Assembly: GCF_022539665.2 (NCBI RefSeq)
Contig: NC_081333.1
Span: 4,464,001-4,528,000, forward strand
DNA length: 64,000 bases
Direction: 5' to 3'
From: Daphnia carinata
Taxonomy: Eukaryota
Part shown: positions 40,078-52,800 of the stretch, in pieces
How the letters are laid out: each line of letters begins with the position of its first letter
Numbering within the stretch: position 1 is the stretch's first letter
Position numbers and translations under genes: made by a program
Notes under the pieces: model-generated
What the model was told of the DNA's origin: nothing
Databases searched by the model: none
Seen by the model: the letters and a program-made list of their open reading frames with translations, nothing else

Positions 40078-43000
40078 GACGTCGATTCAAAGTGTTTTGA
40101 ATTCAGTTCTCTATTCTATTGCTACGATGCCGTCGAGACGGACGCTGACGTTGGAATGAATAACGCTACATCGCGAGACGTTTCCGTATATAAACCTTTT
40201 AGCGAAGAGGGCAAAAAAAAATTTCAACGTTGAACTTTCCAAATCCTTGGAAACAAGACAATCCTCATCCCACATCTTTGCCCCATGTGGCAGGCTGTTT
40301 TGCCTTTTGATGATACGTGCAACAGCAAATCAAAACAATTTTTTTGTGGAAACCGGTCGGTATAGTACGCGTGTATTGTTTTATTCCTTTTAGTTCGAAA
40401 AAAAAAAAAAATGATGTCATTCATCAATTCGTACGTGTATGTAAAGTAGCAAAGCGCCAATGTCCTTACGCGTTTACCTTGGGCGCACATTCGAATCTTT
40501 GGCTCCGGCATCTATGATTGATGAACGTTATGCCCTTTTTGCATTGATTATTTGAAATTCTTCTTAGTATTAAACACGTTCATTAGTCCAAGATATAAAC
40601 TGAAAGGTGAAGGGGGGTGCTAAAGTTTTTGTTCGTAGGAGAAAAAAAATCGCTCTGATTAGATTTGAAAAAATACTGTATATATTTCTTAAGAGACCTG
40701 TATGGATATGCACATCGTATGTGTTTTCGTGATTAGACGGGAAATCCGACCGGTTTCTTTCGTGACCCTCAAGAAAAGGGACACATATGCTGGACTGGGC
40801 CGTGATTGAGGCTGTGATATATGAAGAACAAAAGGGAGAACGACTCTCGAAAAAGATAACTTTCAAGGATTTCGAAAGTTTCGTTTGCATTTACACAATT
40901 GGCGGACGATTACGATGAAATGCAAAACGGAAGCTAATTCACTCCCATGTAAATGTTTTTTTTTATAATAAATTCAACGAAAATTCACACCATTCACATT
41001 TTTTTCAGGTAAAATTTTATTAAAATAGCCACGTTTATCTGCGAATGGGGGGCCCGTGTTGGTCATCAGTATTTTCTGGAAAATTTTCGTTATAAATATA
41101 TACGACGTATTATATAGGCCCCATTATTTCCAGCAGGCTTTATATAAGAGGTCACCCATATCGTTTTATAACCTAAATGCTTTTTTTATTTAATCCACCC
41201 AAAAGAACGCAAACATGTCTGCCCCTTTTTTCTTCAATACGGGTGGACATTCTTCTAGATGATGTGGCATGGTCCTTGATCCATTTTTATTACAAACAAT
41301 CTCGATTTACTCTCCTGCCAGCACCTCATATTTTTGAAGAGAATCAGACTCATTTCAAACGTCAACGGAATAGAATCGAAAAATCACCGAAAACTATGCT
41401 GGAATGAGATTCAAAAACTTGTGTCAAGGGTAATCAGTATTTTTTTATCGGGACGAGATGACTGGCAGAAGAAGGTCCCCCCCCCCCCCCAAACAATGCC
41501 GATGAGCATGTACACCGTGTAATTAAAAAGCAATCAAAATCCATTGGGTAGGATTCGATAGTACAGTCTATAATTTCGCCTTCCTACGACAAAGCCTTGA
41601 ATATCAAAGTACTTCTTTATCAATTCAGTTTTATCACAGCCTTTTTAGCAATAAGACTTTCAAACATTCTGAAACAAAAAATGGCAGTTGCATTTGTTTC
41701 ATTAGCCGCAACGTTTGTATATCGTTTTATTGGAAAATAAATGCGTTCGTCCCCAAAGAAAAATACACGTTATGTTAAACCTTGAACTTTGATTACGTTT
41801 AAATAACACCTTAATCAACACGTCCCATTGTGTCTTTTAAAAACGCAATCTCACAGTGACCCTGCGAGTCAGCCGAATATGGTTGGTCACCTCATTCACC
41901 TTTTATGTCCCAAGGTGTAAAATAATATCCTGTTCGAAGGTTTTGTTACATATAATCGTATCGATTTTTTCTTATACATATACTTGTACGGTATCCATTA
42001 AAAAAAAAAAAACAAGAAAACAAACAGCATAATGGCAAATGGCTCAACCGGTTTTTCTTTTTTTTTCGGGCCACATTCGTCGAAAAGCGTTGCAACAAGG
42101 TTTCCGCATTATGCCGTCTGTTCGAAACGATTCGAGGTTGTTTGTGCTATCGAAAGTAGTTCACCCGCAACAAATGGCTTCCACATATAACGAGGAAAAC
42201 TGTCAAGATCTTCCAGCACTAGATTAGTTTCAAAAGAATAGCGTCAAGGTTGCGAACCCATCGGAAAATGCAATCCGCTATGTAAAGCCCCCCCCCCTCT
42301 TTTTCTTTATCCTCCCTTCAAAACACGGCATTGAAAATGTCTGCCTAAACTGTTGGAGGCACCGCCCTGTTCCTGACATTTGTGCTCACAGTTGTACATA
42401 TACTTTCTATATATATATACAATGCAGGCAGGACAATGAGCTGCGTATGTACTGTACACAAGAGGCTCGCGTATACACCAATTTGGATAATAAACAGAGC
42501 GCGATTGTCAACTTAGCTCAAGTAAGGCCCAAGGACGTGAAGATTGATCAACCTTATTATGCAGATATGGACCCATTAACCCGAGCGTTTTATTACCTGT
42601 ACTAGAGGGAAAACCGAACGTGACTTCCTGGAAATGGTGTGCGTACATGCATAATGAATGGCTATACGGATGTAGAAAAATGCCACCGGTTTCTGGTGAG
42701 GTATAGTGGTCGAAAACAGATTATAGAGTTAATCATAACGTGAGGGATCTTTTCTTAATCGACCGTAACTGCTCCGTTTGTGCGTAGCATTTAGACTCAA
42801 GGACGTATGATTTGTAATCGCCAAAAGCAGAACAATCGGCGGTATAAAACCAGTGAACCGATGAAAGCATTCCATTTCAAAAAGCATTCAATTCAGAAAA
42901 ATAGCCGAATGGTTCGATTTGATCTCGGTGTGTTGTCAAATGGCATCATTGGAGACGTCTGACGTCACGAGGTTGGGGCGCCTGGGAGAAAACCCAAATG

Positions 43001-43639
43001 CCAGCCACACTTTCTGTATACAAGTAGAGACGTTACGAAGAATCACGTCTGCCACATCTAGGACGGTTGTTTGCAATGCTAACATTCTTTCGTTCAAGGC
43101 TAGCGCACAAAGAGTGAAGGTGACGGAGGCTTACGTACTACAATCGTCTATTTCTGTAGTACTACAGCTGTACGATCTCAAATGAACTGACAATGTTATC
43201 TGGACCGTGACATGCTGTTCAATAGTTGATTAGGGCTGCCGAATCGTGATTGCAACGCTGTCTTTTGTTCGCGTACAGCCAAGAACATCTTTTCAAATCG
43301 ATGTCGTCGCTCTCTTTTTAAATAATGCACACCAAATATCAAAACTTTTTGCTAAATCGACTTGTGTATTTGCTTTTTTTCATAAAAAAGAATGAGCCAT
43401 TCAAACATCGCCGAGAATATAGACGATCCATTTACATAACTCGTACTCGACAGCATTCGTATAAACATAAATCATTTACAATAGGATAGACGGAATGATC
43501 GGGGAAAACGTTCAGAGACATAACACAAGGCGCGCAATAGTCCAATAGGAAATGGAATTTGAATCGCTCGAGAGAGAAATTAAGCAAATTAACTGACCTT
43601 GCCATGTTTTCTTTCTCATCGGCTTGTTTAGCTCGTGGC

Positions 43640-44469
43640 TTATGGTGATTGGAAGGCGGGCGGTGCGGAGCGGGGAAATCGCAGGCCGTTGTTAGGGACG
43701 GTGCTGGGCGCGTAGACACCGACGTCATCCCAATCGGCTAATTGCGTTCCGCCTGGCGTTCTTATTATTGCGGATGGCTGCTGCATGGCCGATTGATTCA
43801 CTTCCGCCGCTACGTGTTTTTCCGGTGCTGCGCTGTTCTTGGGTTTTCCCATCATCCCTGGGAAGAACAAGTGCTGTTGAGGTTGCACTTTGGTGATGGA
43901 CAATGCCGCAGGGTTGTTGCTCTTCGGTTGGAATTCCGGCAAGGATTTCAGCCAGGCGTTGAATAGCCCATCAATTGTTGCACGTGTTCCGCTCGTTTGT
44001 CGGACGCTAGCGGATGCCGGAGGTGTTTGGTAAACCGACGGAGTAGTAGGTGTTGGGATGGGTGCCACGCCAGGTTTCGGGACGGACGAGGTCTCGTCCC
44101 GGATGAGATTGGACAATGGATACGTCGCTGTATCGAACAAGAGTCGATTTCCTTTTGTTTTCACTTCGAATTTCTCGTGAAGGCGTTTCATTTCAGAGAA
44201 AATATCCATCGAGTCCGTCATGAGTTGCGTTCCGGCTGGTGTTAGGACGCTGGGTGTTTGGTTGTTTAACGTCATTCTGTGCGAATCATCTTCTAATTGT
44301 TTTTCATCTTTTTCAACTTCTTTTTCTTCTTCTTCTTCTTCTTCTTCTTCTTCTTCTTCTTCTTCTTCTTCCTATTTTCTTCTTTTTCGACTTCATTCTT
44401 CTGGTCTTCTTCTTCTTCACCTTCCTTTTCTTCTTCACCTTCACCTTCTTCTTCTTCTTTTTCTTCCTT

Positions 44470-44500
<31 letters not shown>

Positions 44501-45188
44501 TCTTCCTCTTCTTCCTCTTCCTCTTCTTCTTCTAATCCCCCGTTGCCTTCTGAAGACTCTTCCGATGATTCCTCCGAGGAATCCTTGGACGAAACACCTG
44601 TCCTTTTTTCTCCAGATTCTTCTGACGATTCTTCTGAAGAACTACTTTCCGAAGAACTACTATCTTCCGAAGCATCATCAGAAGATTCTTTCTTGGCTGC
44701 CTTCGATGTCTTCGTGGACCAATCGAAGCCAAACATGTCTGGTCCTATCCCCGCAGAAATGACAGGTGATCCAATCGCCATCACCTCAACCTCATTCGAT
44801 GGCTTCTGCAGCACGTCGGTAACGTTGGGCTTCTTCAATGTCACCGGTGGCAGCACGACAGTCTTGTTCTGCTCACGCAACGCTGTCGTGTCTTTGAAAA
44901 AAGTCAGACGGTAAGGCTCCCTTTTTTGGCCGGTCATCTTCACGATATTGGCCGTTGCACTCGTGGCCGCTGCCGTTGATTTCAGAACTGGTACGGCCTC
45001 TGTCGGACTGGCTGTCAGCGCAAACACGACCAAAAGGCCCAATACTTTTGTGAGCAACTGCACATGAAACAAGAGAAAAAAAAAAGCAAAGAAGAAAATA
45101 CAAAATGAAACGAAATTTGACGTTGTCAGTGATTGAAAATGAAAGCGATGGCTATTTTTATTTAATCGCATGAAATGTTGTGTACCAT
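43640..45188 (-). CDS. Secreted SSEES/poly-Glu protein B (paralogue of C), interrupted by a 1-nt frameshift at ~44372; ~473 aa if repaired
   Basis: ATG-only first coding exon (45188-45186, ATCATG|GTAC), acceptor at 45058-45059, signal peptide MLLTKVLGLLVVFALTASPTEA|VP. The upstream frame runs into poly-Lys and stops at 44293; the adjacent frame reads poly-Glu and continues to the stop at 43640 with motifs shared with gene C. Confidence 0.75.
44310..44532. repeat. (CTT)n/(GAA)n trinucleotide tract encoding poly-Glu in gene B
   Basis: Directly visible degenerate and perfect TTC repeats. Confidence 0.9.
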
Positions 45189-45305
45189 GATGAGGCCTGG
45201 GGAGACACGGTTGCGTCCGCTTTAATTTTTTTTTTTTGTTTTGCCTCTGGACAACTCCCGAAGGAAACGGCAACAGAAGAACGATTGATCTCGTCTACTT
45301 GGTAA

Positions 45306-45434
45306 GCTCACACTTTTATAAGTTGCAAGCACTGCCTGCTCCGTTGGCTGTCACGGAGGGCTTAGGGTGGGCCGTTTGGACAACTATAGCAAAAAAATGT
45401 GGATCGAAAATGTCCTTGATGGACCCTTTCTCTC
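45306..45434 (-). promoter_or_regulatory. Core promoter of gene B: TATA box plus conserved upstream CAAGGACAT block
   Basis: Plus strand CTCACACTTTTATAA at ~45307-45321 and AATGTCCTTGATGGACCCTTTCTCTC at 45409-45434; both are echoed upstream of gene C. Confidence 0.55.
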
Positions 45435-47546
45435 AATTTTTTTTTAACGCTAGTATATGCACTGGTATGGTTGAACATGTATACCCACCTTGCTTATATT
45501 GTCGTAGAAAAAAAGAAAAAAAAACAAGGTACAAGTTGGCCCACCCCTGCGTCCAATGGCGACCGTTTTCTATAGACAATAAGAAATACCCCGAGTCGGG
45601 GGAGTTCTGTACTCCCGGAAATCTTTCTAGAATCGCCCCCCCCCCCCCACCTTCTTATTTTTGTTTTGTTATTGTTGAAAAAAAAGAAAAAAATGTTATT
45701 TTATTTTTCGTGCTTGTTGAACTACGTGACATTACTGGCGATCTTGTCTGTTACACAAAGACTCGAATGATGGATGATGATTGGTTAAACTAAGGGGCTT
45801 TACGAGCTTTGTTATCACGCCGTTCTAGAACACATTTATACCTAATCGATTCAACGAGTTTCCCCCGTCGTGTGGGAGAGAAAAAAAAAATAAAAAGAAA
45901 AGCTCGTGATGTTCCAATCACGACGGTATTCAAGTTCAAGGTGATGTCTTCCACCGCGGTGGGAATCGTTCGTCCGTATAGATATGGGACACGCACCTGT
46001 ACATGTACTTGAAATTGGCAAAACGATACAACTGGTCGACAAAAGTTCTTTAGCAACTAAGCACAATCAACGATCAAGAGACACACAATGGACTGGAACA
46101 AGAATGCATTCTTTTCATGTAATAAGTGGTTTCCTTATTTAAGCTGTCCGGTGAAATAAATCATGCTGGAAGTAGATACAACGTGATGGGCTTCTTTAAG
46201 AAAATGAAAGTTCGCTACTGGTCATCGTGAAAACAATCAACAATAAAACAAAAAAAAAAATGAAAGGGATAAACATCTTTATAGTTATTTAATAGCACTT
46301 TCGAGCGTCAAGGTCTTGAAGAACAATCACGTGCTAGGTATATGCACGTAACCTAATAACCTAGTAGAATAGGGAAACAAATTTGCATGAAACATCATCT
46401 TTTGTAATCAACTTCCTTTGGCGTATAAATGTGTTCATGCCATTAGCGAGCCCTTTCATGGTAATTAAACTGTGAATGTCACCTGTCGGCTGTATAGTTG
46501 ATGGTTTAAACAATAGCCATTTAAAACAAAAAACAAAAAAATCATAAATTTTGTACGTCGCCCAAAACCGGACATGCCATCGCCTTTTTTTTGTTTTCCT
46601 CAACGTGTCACACCCAATGTCAAGGCCGTTTGATTGTTTAGGCCAGGAAACAATACATCATTGCTGTTGTCTTTTATACCCCCCCCCCCCCTTAAAAAAC
46701 GAAACACTTTCAATGTCGTGTAGCAGTTTCTTATAGGTGTTTTGTGGTAAGTTCTCCTTTCGCAATATTTTTGGCAAAAGGTGGATTTCAAACTAATTTT
46801 GTAAAAACAAAAAAAAAAAAAAACAAAGGGCAGGGCGCTTTGTTAACCGAACTCCCCATTTTAGCGATAAAAAAAAGATAATAAAGGGAAAAACTAAAAA
46901 TTCTAAAATGAGATAGGAATGAAGGTCTATACCCAAGCAATAAGCAGCTCATCTAATGATGAGATATGCATCAGACTTCCCTGTCAATCTGGTTCGGCTT
47001 GACGATACATAACACAAGAATTTCCAATGAAATCACGAATGAATAATGAGCAATTTTTTTTTTTTTAAATTTCAGTATTCTGATTTCTTCATATCCGATC
47101 AATTCCGCCGGTGTTGCACACAGCTCTTATGCGCGGTGGTATCTTGTGCAATTCAATTGCCAAATTGTACGCGATGTTTTAGGGTTTTTTTTTTCTTAAA
47201 AAAAAGAAAAAAAAAAAAAGAACAGCAATGTGAAACCGGTTTCTACAACTCAACATTTCAAAGAAAAACTGGGTTATGCGATTTTCGTGAACGCTTATAA
47301 CGTCTGCATGCGATAACACCTTTTCCTTGTTCATGTACTGCGTATACCTTTTGGGGGACTATAATTAATAACCGATGGCGAAGTCACAACTGTCTGCAGC
47401 TCGCCAAAAATGTGAAAGCAACTGCAAATGATTTTTTTGGTTCAACAAGAAATAATTGAAAGACATTAAATTGAGTTTGGGGCAGGAATCCTGTTTCAGA
47501 CAATCGATCGTGCGTGAGTGGATTAAAGCGTCTCGAATGCGATGAT

Positions 47547-47584
<38 letters not shown>

Positions 47585-48133
47585 AAATGTCCGTTTCACT
47601 TGTTTGTTTTATTCCGTTGGTTTCACTGATCAAAGAGCGAAAGCGAGGGCAATCGAAAACAATTGAAATTGATGGCTGCAGCTTTGTTTCTCTTGTAGGG
47701 ATGTGTACTGTAAAAATCCGTTTATTGTTTCCTTACAAACAAACAAAAAAATAGAATGAAGCAAGGGATGGTTGGGGGGCGGGGTGTTAATGGCGAACTA
47801 TTTTTGATATCAAATCGCATTTAGAATTAATTTACCCAAAAATATACAAAGCAATGACATTGTGACATCGACGAACGTTCACATTCTGTGCACACGTCCT
47901 TTGAAAAAAAATTAAAAAAACTCAATTACGATATATACTCCAGGGTGCTGGACATTATTTTCCAATAAAATAATCCAGCAGAAGTATCAATAAATACGAT
48001 GCCAATACAAATAATAAAAATAGCCACATGCAAATTGAAGAATAATAAAAATTTGTCCTAGATATGATGAAATGGTAGGTGCTGCTGGATGCCGCTGGAC
48101 GGGGGGTGGGGTGAAAGTCGACCTTGTCTGTTT

Positions 48134-49697
48134 TCAACCAGTTCTCGCTAAAGTGCGGGCCCTCGAAGCCGATGCGGTTGAGCGGAAAAATCGCAACGCA
48201 TTGTTATTGACAGGTTTCGATATGGATGGGAAGAAATCATCGTCCCAATTCGCTTGATGTGTCCCGCCAGGTGTCAGGCCGATCGGCGTTCTTTGCCTCG
48301 GCTGCGAGGAAGCCCTCCCGGTCGCGTTCGGCGCTTGAGCCGAGCTGTAAACACGCGCTTGCGACGTTGCCACACTGCTGGTCGTCGCTGGTCTGCCTCG
48401 GTTCATCGCCGAGAAGAACAGATGCTGACCGCGAACTTTCGGTTTGATTGGCACCTCCTCAATCTGTTCGTCTTTCACTTTCAGCTCGGGTGACCAATCA
48501 ACGCGCCGTGTCGCATCCACCACCACCGCCGGAACGGCTTGGCTTTTCTTCTCGCTCGATTCGGTCGTCGACGTTTGACGATCGTTCTCCGCGGTTGAAG
48601 CGATCGATTTTTCACGGACGGCTTTATCCGTTTTCTTGGCTTCGGGCGTCGTTGCAGACAGCGTCTTGTTATTGGTTTGCTGCGACGGATGCAATCCAGA
48701 AATGAATAGCAGTTGGGTTCCCTTCGTCGTGATGCCGTACTTCTTGTGGAGGCGCTGCATTTCGGGGAACACGTCGGCCGAGTCGACGGTTCCATTGGGT
48801 GTCCGTCCCGATGATTTCGGTCCATCACCTTCCGACTCTTCTTCTTCTTCTAAAGAGGATTCACCGGATGATTCTTCGGAAGACTCTTCCGATGATTCTT
48901 CCGAAGATTCTTCCGACGAGGATCCCGATCCTTCTGACGATTCTTCCGAAGATTCTTCCGACGATTTGCCTTCGCTTTTCGCTTTGTCGGAAGATTCTTC
49001 TTCTTCCGATTTCTCATGGTCGGGAGATTCTTCCTCCGATTTCTCGGATGCCTTCACTTCAGCCAATTCTAACGGCAATTTAACGGCCGCAGCCTCCGTC
49101 GCGTTGGCCGATACCTTCACGATTGATTTCTTTACGGCGACATCGTCGGCTGGAACTTCAGTTTTATTTCCAGCCAGAGCCGATGATTGTCTAAAGTATT
49201 TATCGATTTTCTTTTCGTAATGATTGGCTTTCTTCACCTCCACTAAATCGGCCTTCTTCGCTAACGTGTCGACGATCTCCGTTTTGTTGCGTCCGCCGGC
49301 CGATTTGCGTTTGAAAAACGTCATTCCGTACGGTCCTGTTTTGGGCTTGTTAGTGATTGCTTCATTATAGATCTTACCCGATGCTCCGATGGCCGAACGG
49401 TAGGCTGACTTGGGCGTTGTCGGCACCATTTCGTGATTGTAGAGCAACTTGTTGCTCCGGCTGAAATAAGAGAATCCAGGAGACGGGCGAGACACTGGAT
49501 GCGCCTGACTGGCCATCACAACAAACAGAATAGCCAGTAGCACTTTTGTAGATAACTGCGTGCAAATAAAAAAAAAACAAAAAAAAAACAAAAACAAAAG
49601 AAACACGGCAAAAAAAGAAAATCCGTGATTGGGTTTTGAACGATCCAAATGAACTCAGCGCGGGATCATTTGATTTTTTTTCTTAATACTTTACCAT
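48134..49697 (-). CDS. Secreted SSEES-repeat protein C, ~474 aa
   Basis: ATG-only first coding exon (49697-49695, ATCATG|GTAAAG), acceptor at 49556-49557, signal peptide MLSTKVLLAILFVVMASQA|HP. One long exon to the stop at 48134 with SSEESSEESSE repeats. Confidence 0.85.
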
Positions 49698-49781
49698 GAT
49701 GGAGAAAGAGACGACACTGTCCGTTCTGGAACTTGCGTTGAATGCGACGACTAAAGAACGTTTGAATTCATTCGCTGCAAA

Positions 49782-49886
49782 CTCACACGTTTTTATAAAT
49801 TTACGTGTCACGCGCTTGCGGCAGGGCTGCGGCTGTTGCGGCCGTAGCGGCGTGCCTTTAATGTCCTTGGTTCAGCCCTTTCTCTC
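49782..49886 (-). promoter_or_regulatory. Core promoter of gene C: TATA box plus conserved upstream CAAGGACAT block
   Basis: Plus strand CTCACACGTTTTTATAA at ~49782-49798 and AATGTCCTTGGTTCAGCCCTTTCTCTC at 49860-49886. Confidence 0.55.
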
Positions 49887-52800
49887 TCTCTTGCTCGTTT
49901 TTTTTTTTCCTTTTCGATTACATGTGCGTCGCCGTCGCTTGTTGGCAAATAAGTCTAACACAATACGAAAACATTTCGTCGTCAGCTTCGGGCTCGAATT
50001 ATGCGTTCAATCATTAAAAAAAAATCGGACATGCGAAATTGCGATGGAATTCCCAACGATACGTCGACCACTCCCGGAAATCTCACGCAATTTTTTTTAT
50101 TCTTTAAAATGACGGCGACACATCGACGAGAGAAAATGTTCGTAACGCGTTCAAAGTTCAAACAGGGCTGGGCCAACCCAGACAGATTAAAGTTCGATGC
50201 GAGCGGCACAACAAAAATTTCTCCCGCAGAAAGAAAAAAAGGGAAGGCCGAAGTGTTTTCACTTGCACCACCTTGATCCGTTTACCGTTGAACTGTTAAG
50301 TATGTACTGGATCGGAGATGATTGATACACGCTTTCAACGCGTCCATAAGTGTTCCTTTTTGTGTGTGTTATGTGTGTGTGTGTGTGTCTGTTTCTTAAA
50401 AAACGTGTGTCTAATGCGAGGTTATCAGATGGCCACACCTGGACAAGCGCCTTAAGCTATGCGTCCATAAGATTTTAGTAGAGTATTAGACCGGACATCG
50501 TCCGATGGCCGTCGCGCTAACTCTCTACGACCTCCGCAACCGCTGCAAAACATAATTCCTTGTTTTTTGTTTTGATTATTATACAATTTTCAATGTCATC
50601 CAGCTTTTCAAAATGGATTTGGTGTTGTTTTTTTTTTTTTTTGCTTTTCGAATATTCTTTCCTTTTCTTTCTGGTTTTTGTTGTTGTTGTATTTTCCTGC
50701 AGTTTCATACCGACGTTCATTTTATTGGTGGTCGGTACGGCTGAGGTTTTTGAGAGTGGTGGTTCGTTAATTTTCTATGGGATAACACTTCGTCGTTCAT
50801 TTTCAGTTGAGGGGATTTTTCTGTAATTCGCAAAAAAAAAATATATATATAGTTAAAGAACAACATTCTTGCGGTTGAAGGTGGTCTATCTACATATGGT
50901 ATGCCGATGGTTTATATTTTAGACTTCCCTTTTTTTTTCAACCGAAAATGTCTACCGGTTGTCCGTGAAATTGTTCTGTTGTTCCAGTCACTTGCAGGAA
51001 AACCGTGAATTTCCATTTCTAAAAAATTCATTTTTTTTTTATGATCGAGCAATTGAATTGCTTTAAAAAAAAATGTAGAGTGGCGCCAGAGTTCCTTACA
51101 CAGGATATTAAAAAAAAAAACAAGAAAAAAACAAGAAAAACCGGTTTTTATAAAATTCTCCTTTTTTGTTCAAGTTCGTTTTTTTTTTTTCTGAAAAAGA
51201 AAATATAACTGGGTCAATTTTTTTTGTTCGTTTTGACGCACTCCCGTTGATTTGTTGGTACACATTACCCCACCCGAACAGCAAACGCCTGTTCTTAGAC
51301 ACGCATGATGCATCGCTCTCCTTTTCCCAGTTACACACATGCGTAATATATATATTTTTTTTTACCTTCCCCGAGTCTCGCAGGAAGGTTTATGGTAATC
51401 GCGAGCTCATTCACAGAAGCAAGCACCGCGAAAATCCCATCCAAAAAAAAAGGGGAATCACGCAAACAAAACTGTTCATTGCTCAAATTGGACGAAACAA
51501 ATAAAAACCGGTGCGCTCGAGGAAATTTGCCTTTGATTTCTCATCATTTTTGCTACCGCGCTTTTCAGTTCGCATAAATTAGGCAATAAAAAAAAACAAG
51601 TTGTAAAAATAAAAAGAAATGAAAAATAGTTTAAAATCAGCAAAAGAGAAAGCGCCCTGTTGAATTTAATTGAAAAAAAAGCGGGGTCAAACTCCAAAAA
51701 ATTCTTATTGCTATTTCGTGTATAACACGCAAAAGTATAGAATATATTTTTTTTTTCACGCGAACGTGCCATGGTGGAACATTAATTTTTACATACGGGT
51801 AAAACACGCCATACCCCAACAAAAAAGAAACAGATCATCGGGCTTGCCCTATTTATTTATTTATCACTCGAGCGCATGCAAATCTGAAATGTCTTTCGCA
51901 AAAAAAAAAGGGAACTCTTGATGTATAACAAAATCAGTTTCAACTGTAATTCGAAATGATGGGAGGGCGGCATTGAGAATGATTTGAGCACACACACACA
52001 AAAAAAGAATTATCTGGCTTGCACAGCATTTCATTTACAATGAGCCCAAAGCAGAAACGATAATTATTCCATCATTCCCTGAAAGAAAAACAAGGCCGTC
52101 TGTTTGCGAAACACTACATCTTTGTATAAATACAAGAAACAAGAACTGCCCGTGAATTCAGAGAATGTGTCTGTCCGTCCCGTTCGTTTCCTCCGGGACC
52201 CTATAGCGCACGTTGCGACCCGCTAAAGGAGAATCGTGTTGAATAACATTTCTTTTTATCGGGGGCGTCAGTGAAGATAACTAGTTATCTTTTTTCAAGG
52301 CCGAAAATAAATAAATGCTAACTCTGTTCGGCAATCAAGAACAATGAACGCTCCAGCAAATGTGGCCGCCCTGTCCATAGGAGAAGTTCATTTTCTTTTT
52401 TGAAAATTTAAACTTAATAAATAATTGAACGTAATTGACCACATCATCCAGCAATTCATTTTTGTTTTCATTTTAAAAGCGTCAACCTATTGCACGAAAG
52501 AGGAACGAGAAACGGTTCAACTCGTCGTTCGGATAACGCGACAAAGGCAAATGTTTTCCTCTCGAGTTTTTGCGGTTAGACCACAGGATATATATTTTTT
52601 TTTTTGTTGCTTCTTCTTAAAAACGAAGAGTGTCTGCGTGAGGGCCATACTTATACATATATATACTTTGAAGGAGCGACCTGGAAAGAAAAAAGGGGAC
52701 GTTTTGATGTGCCTTTATTGTCATCCATTTTCACCTTTCAAGGCGAAAAGAATTCTCAACAGACATTTTGCGTGTCTGTTCATCGTGATTTTTCGTCTGT

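Noticed and set aside
44293..44380. Programmed -1 ribosomal frameshift in gene B
   Set aside because: No canonical in-frame X XXY YYZ heptamer and no evident downstream structure; an indel is simpler.
44220..49220. Plus-strand poly-Ser/Phe/Leu ORFs (44220-44914, 48636-49220)
   Set aside because: Antisense shadows of the GAA/TCG-rich coding sequence of genes B and C.
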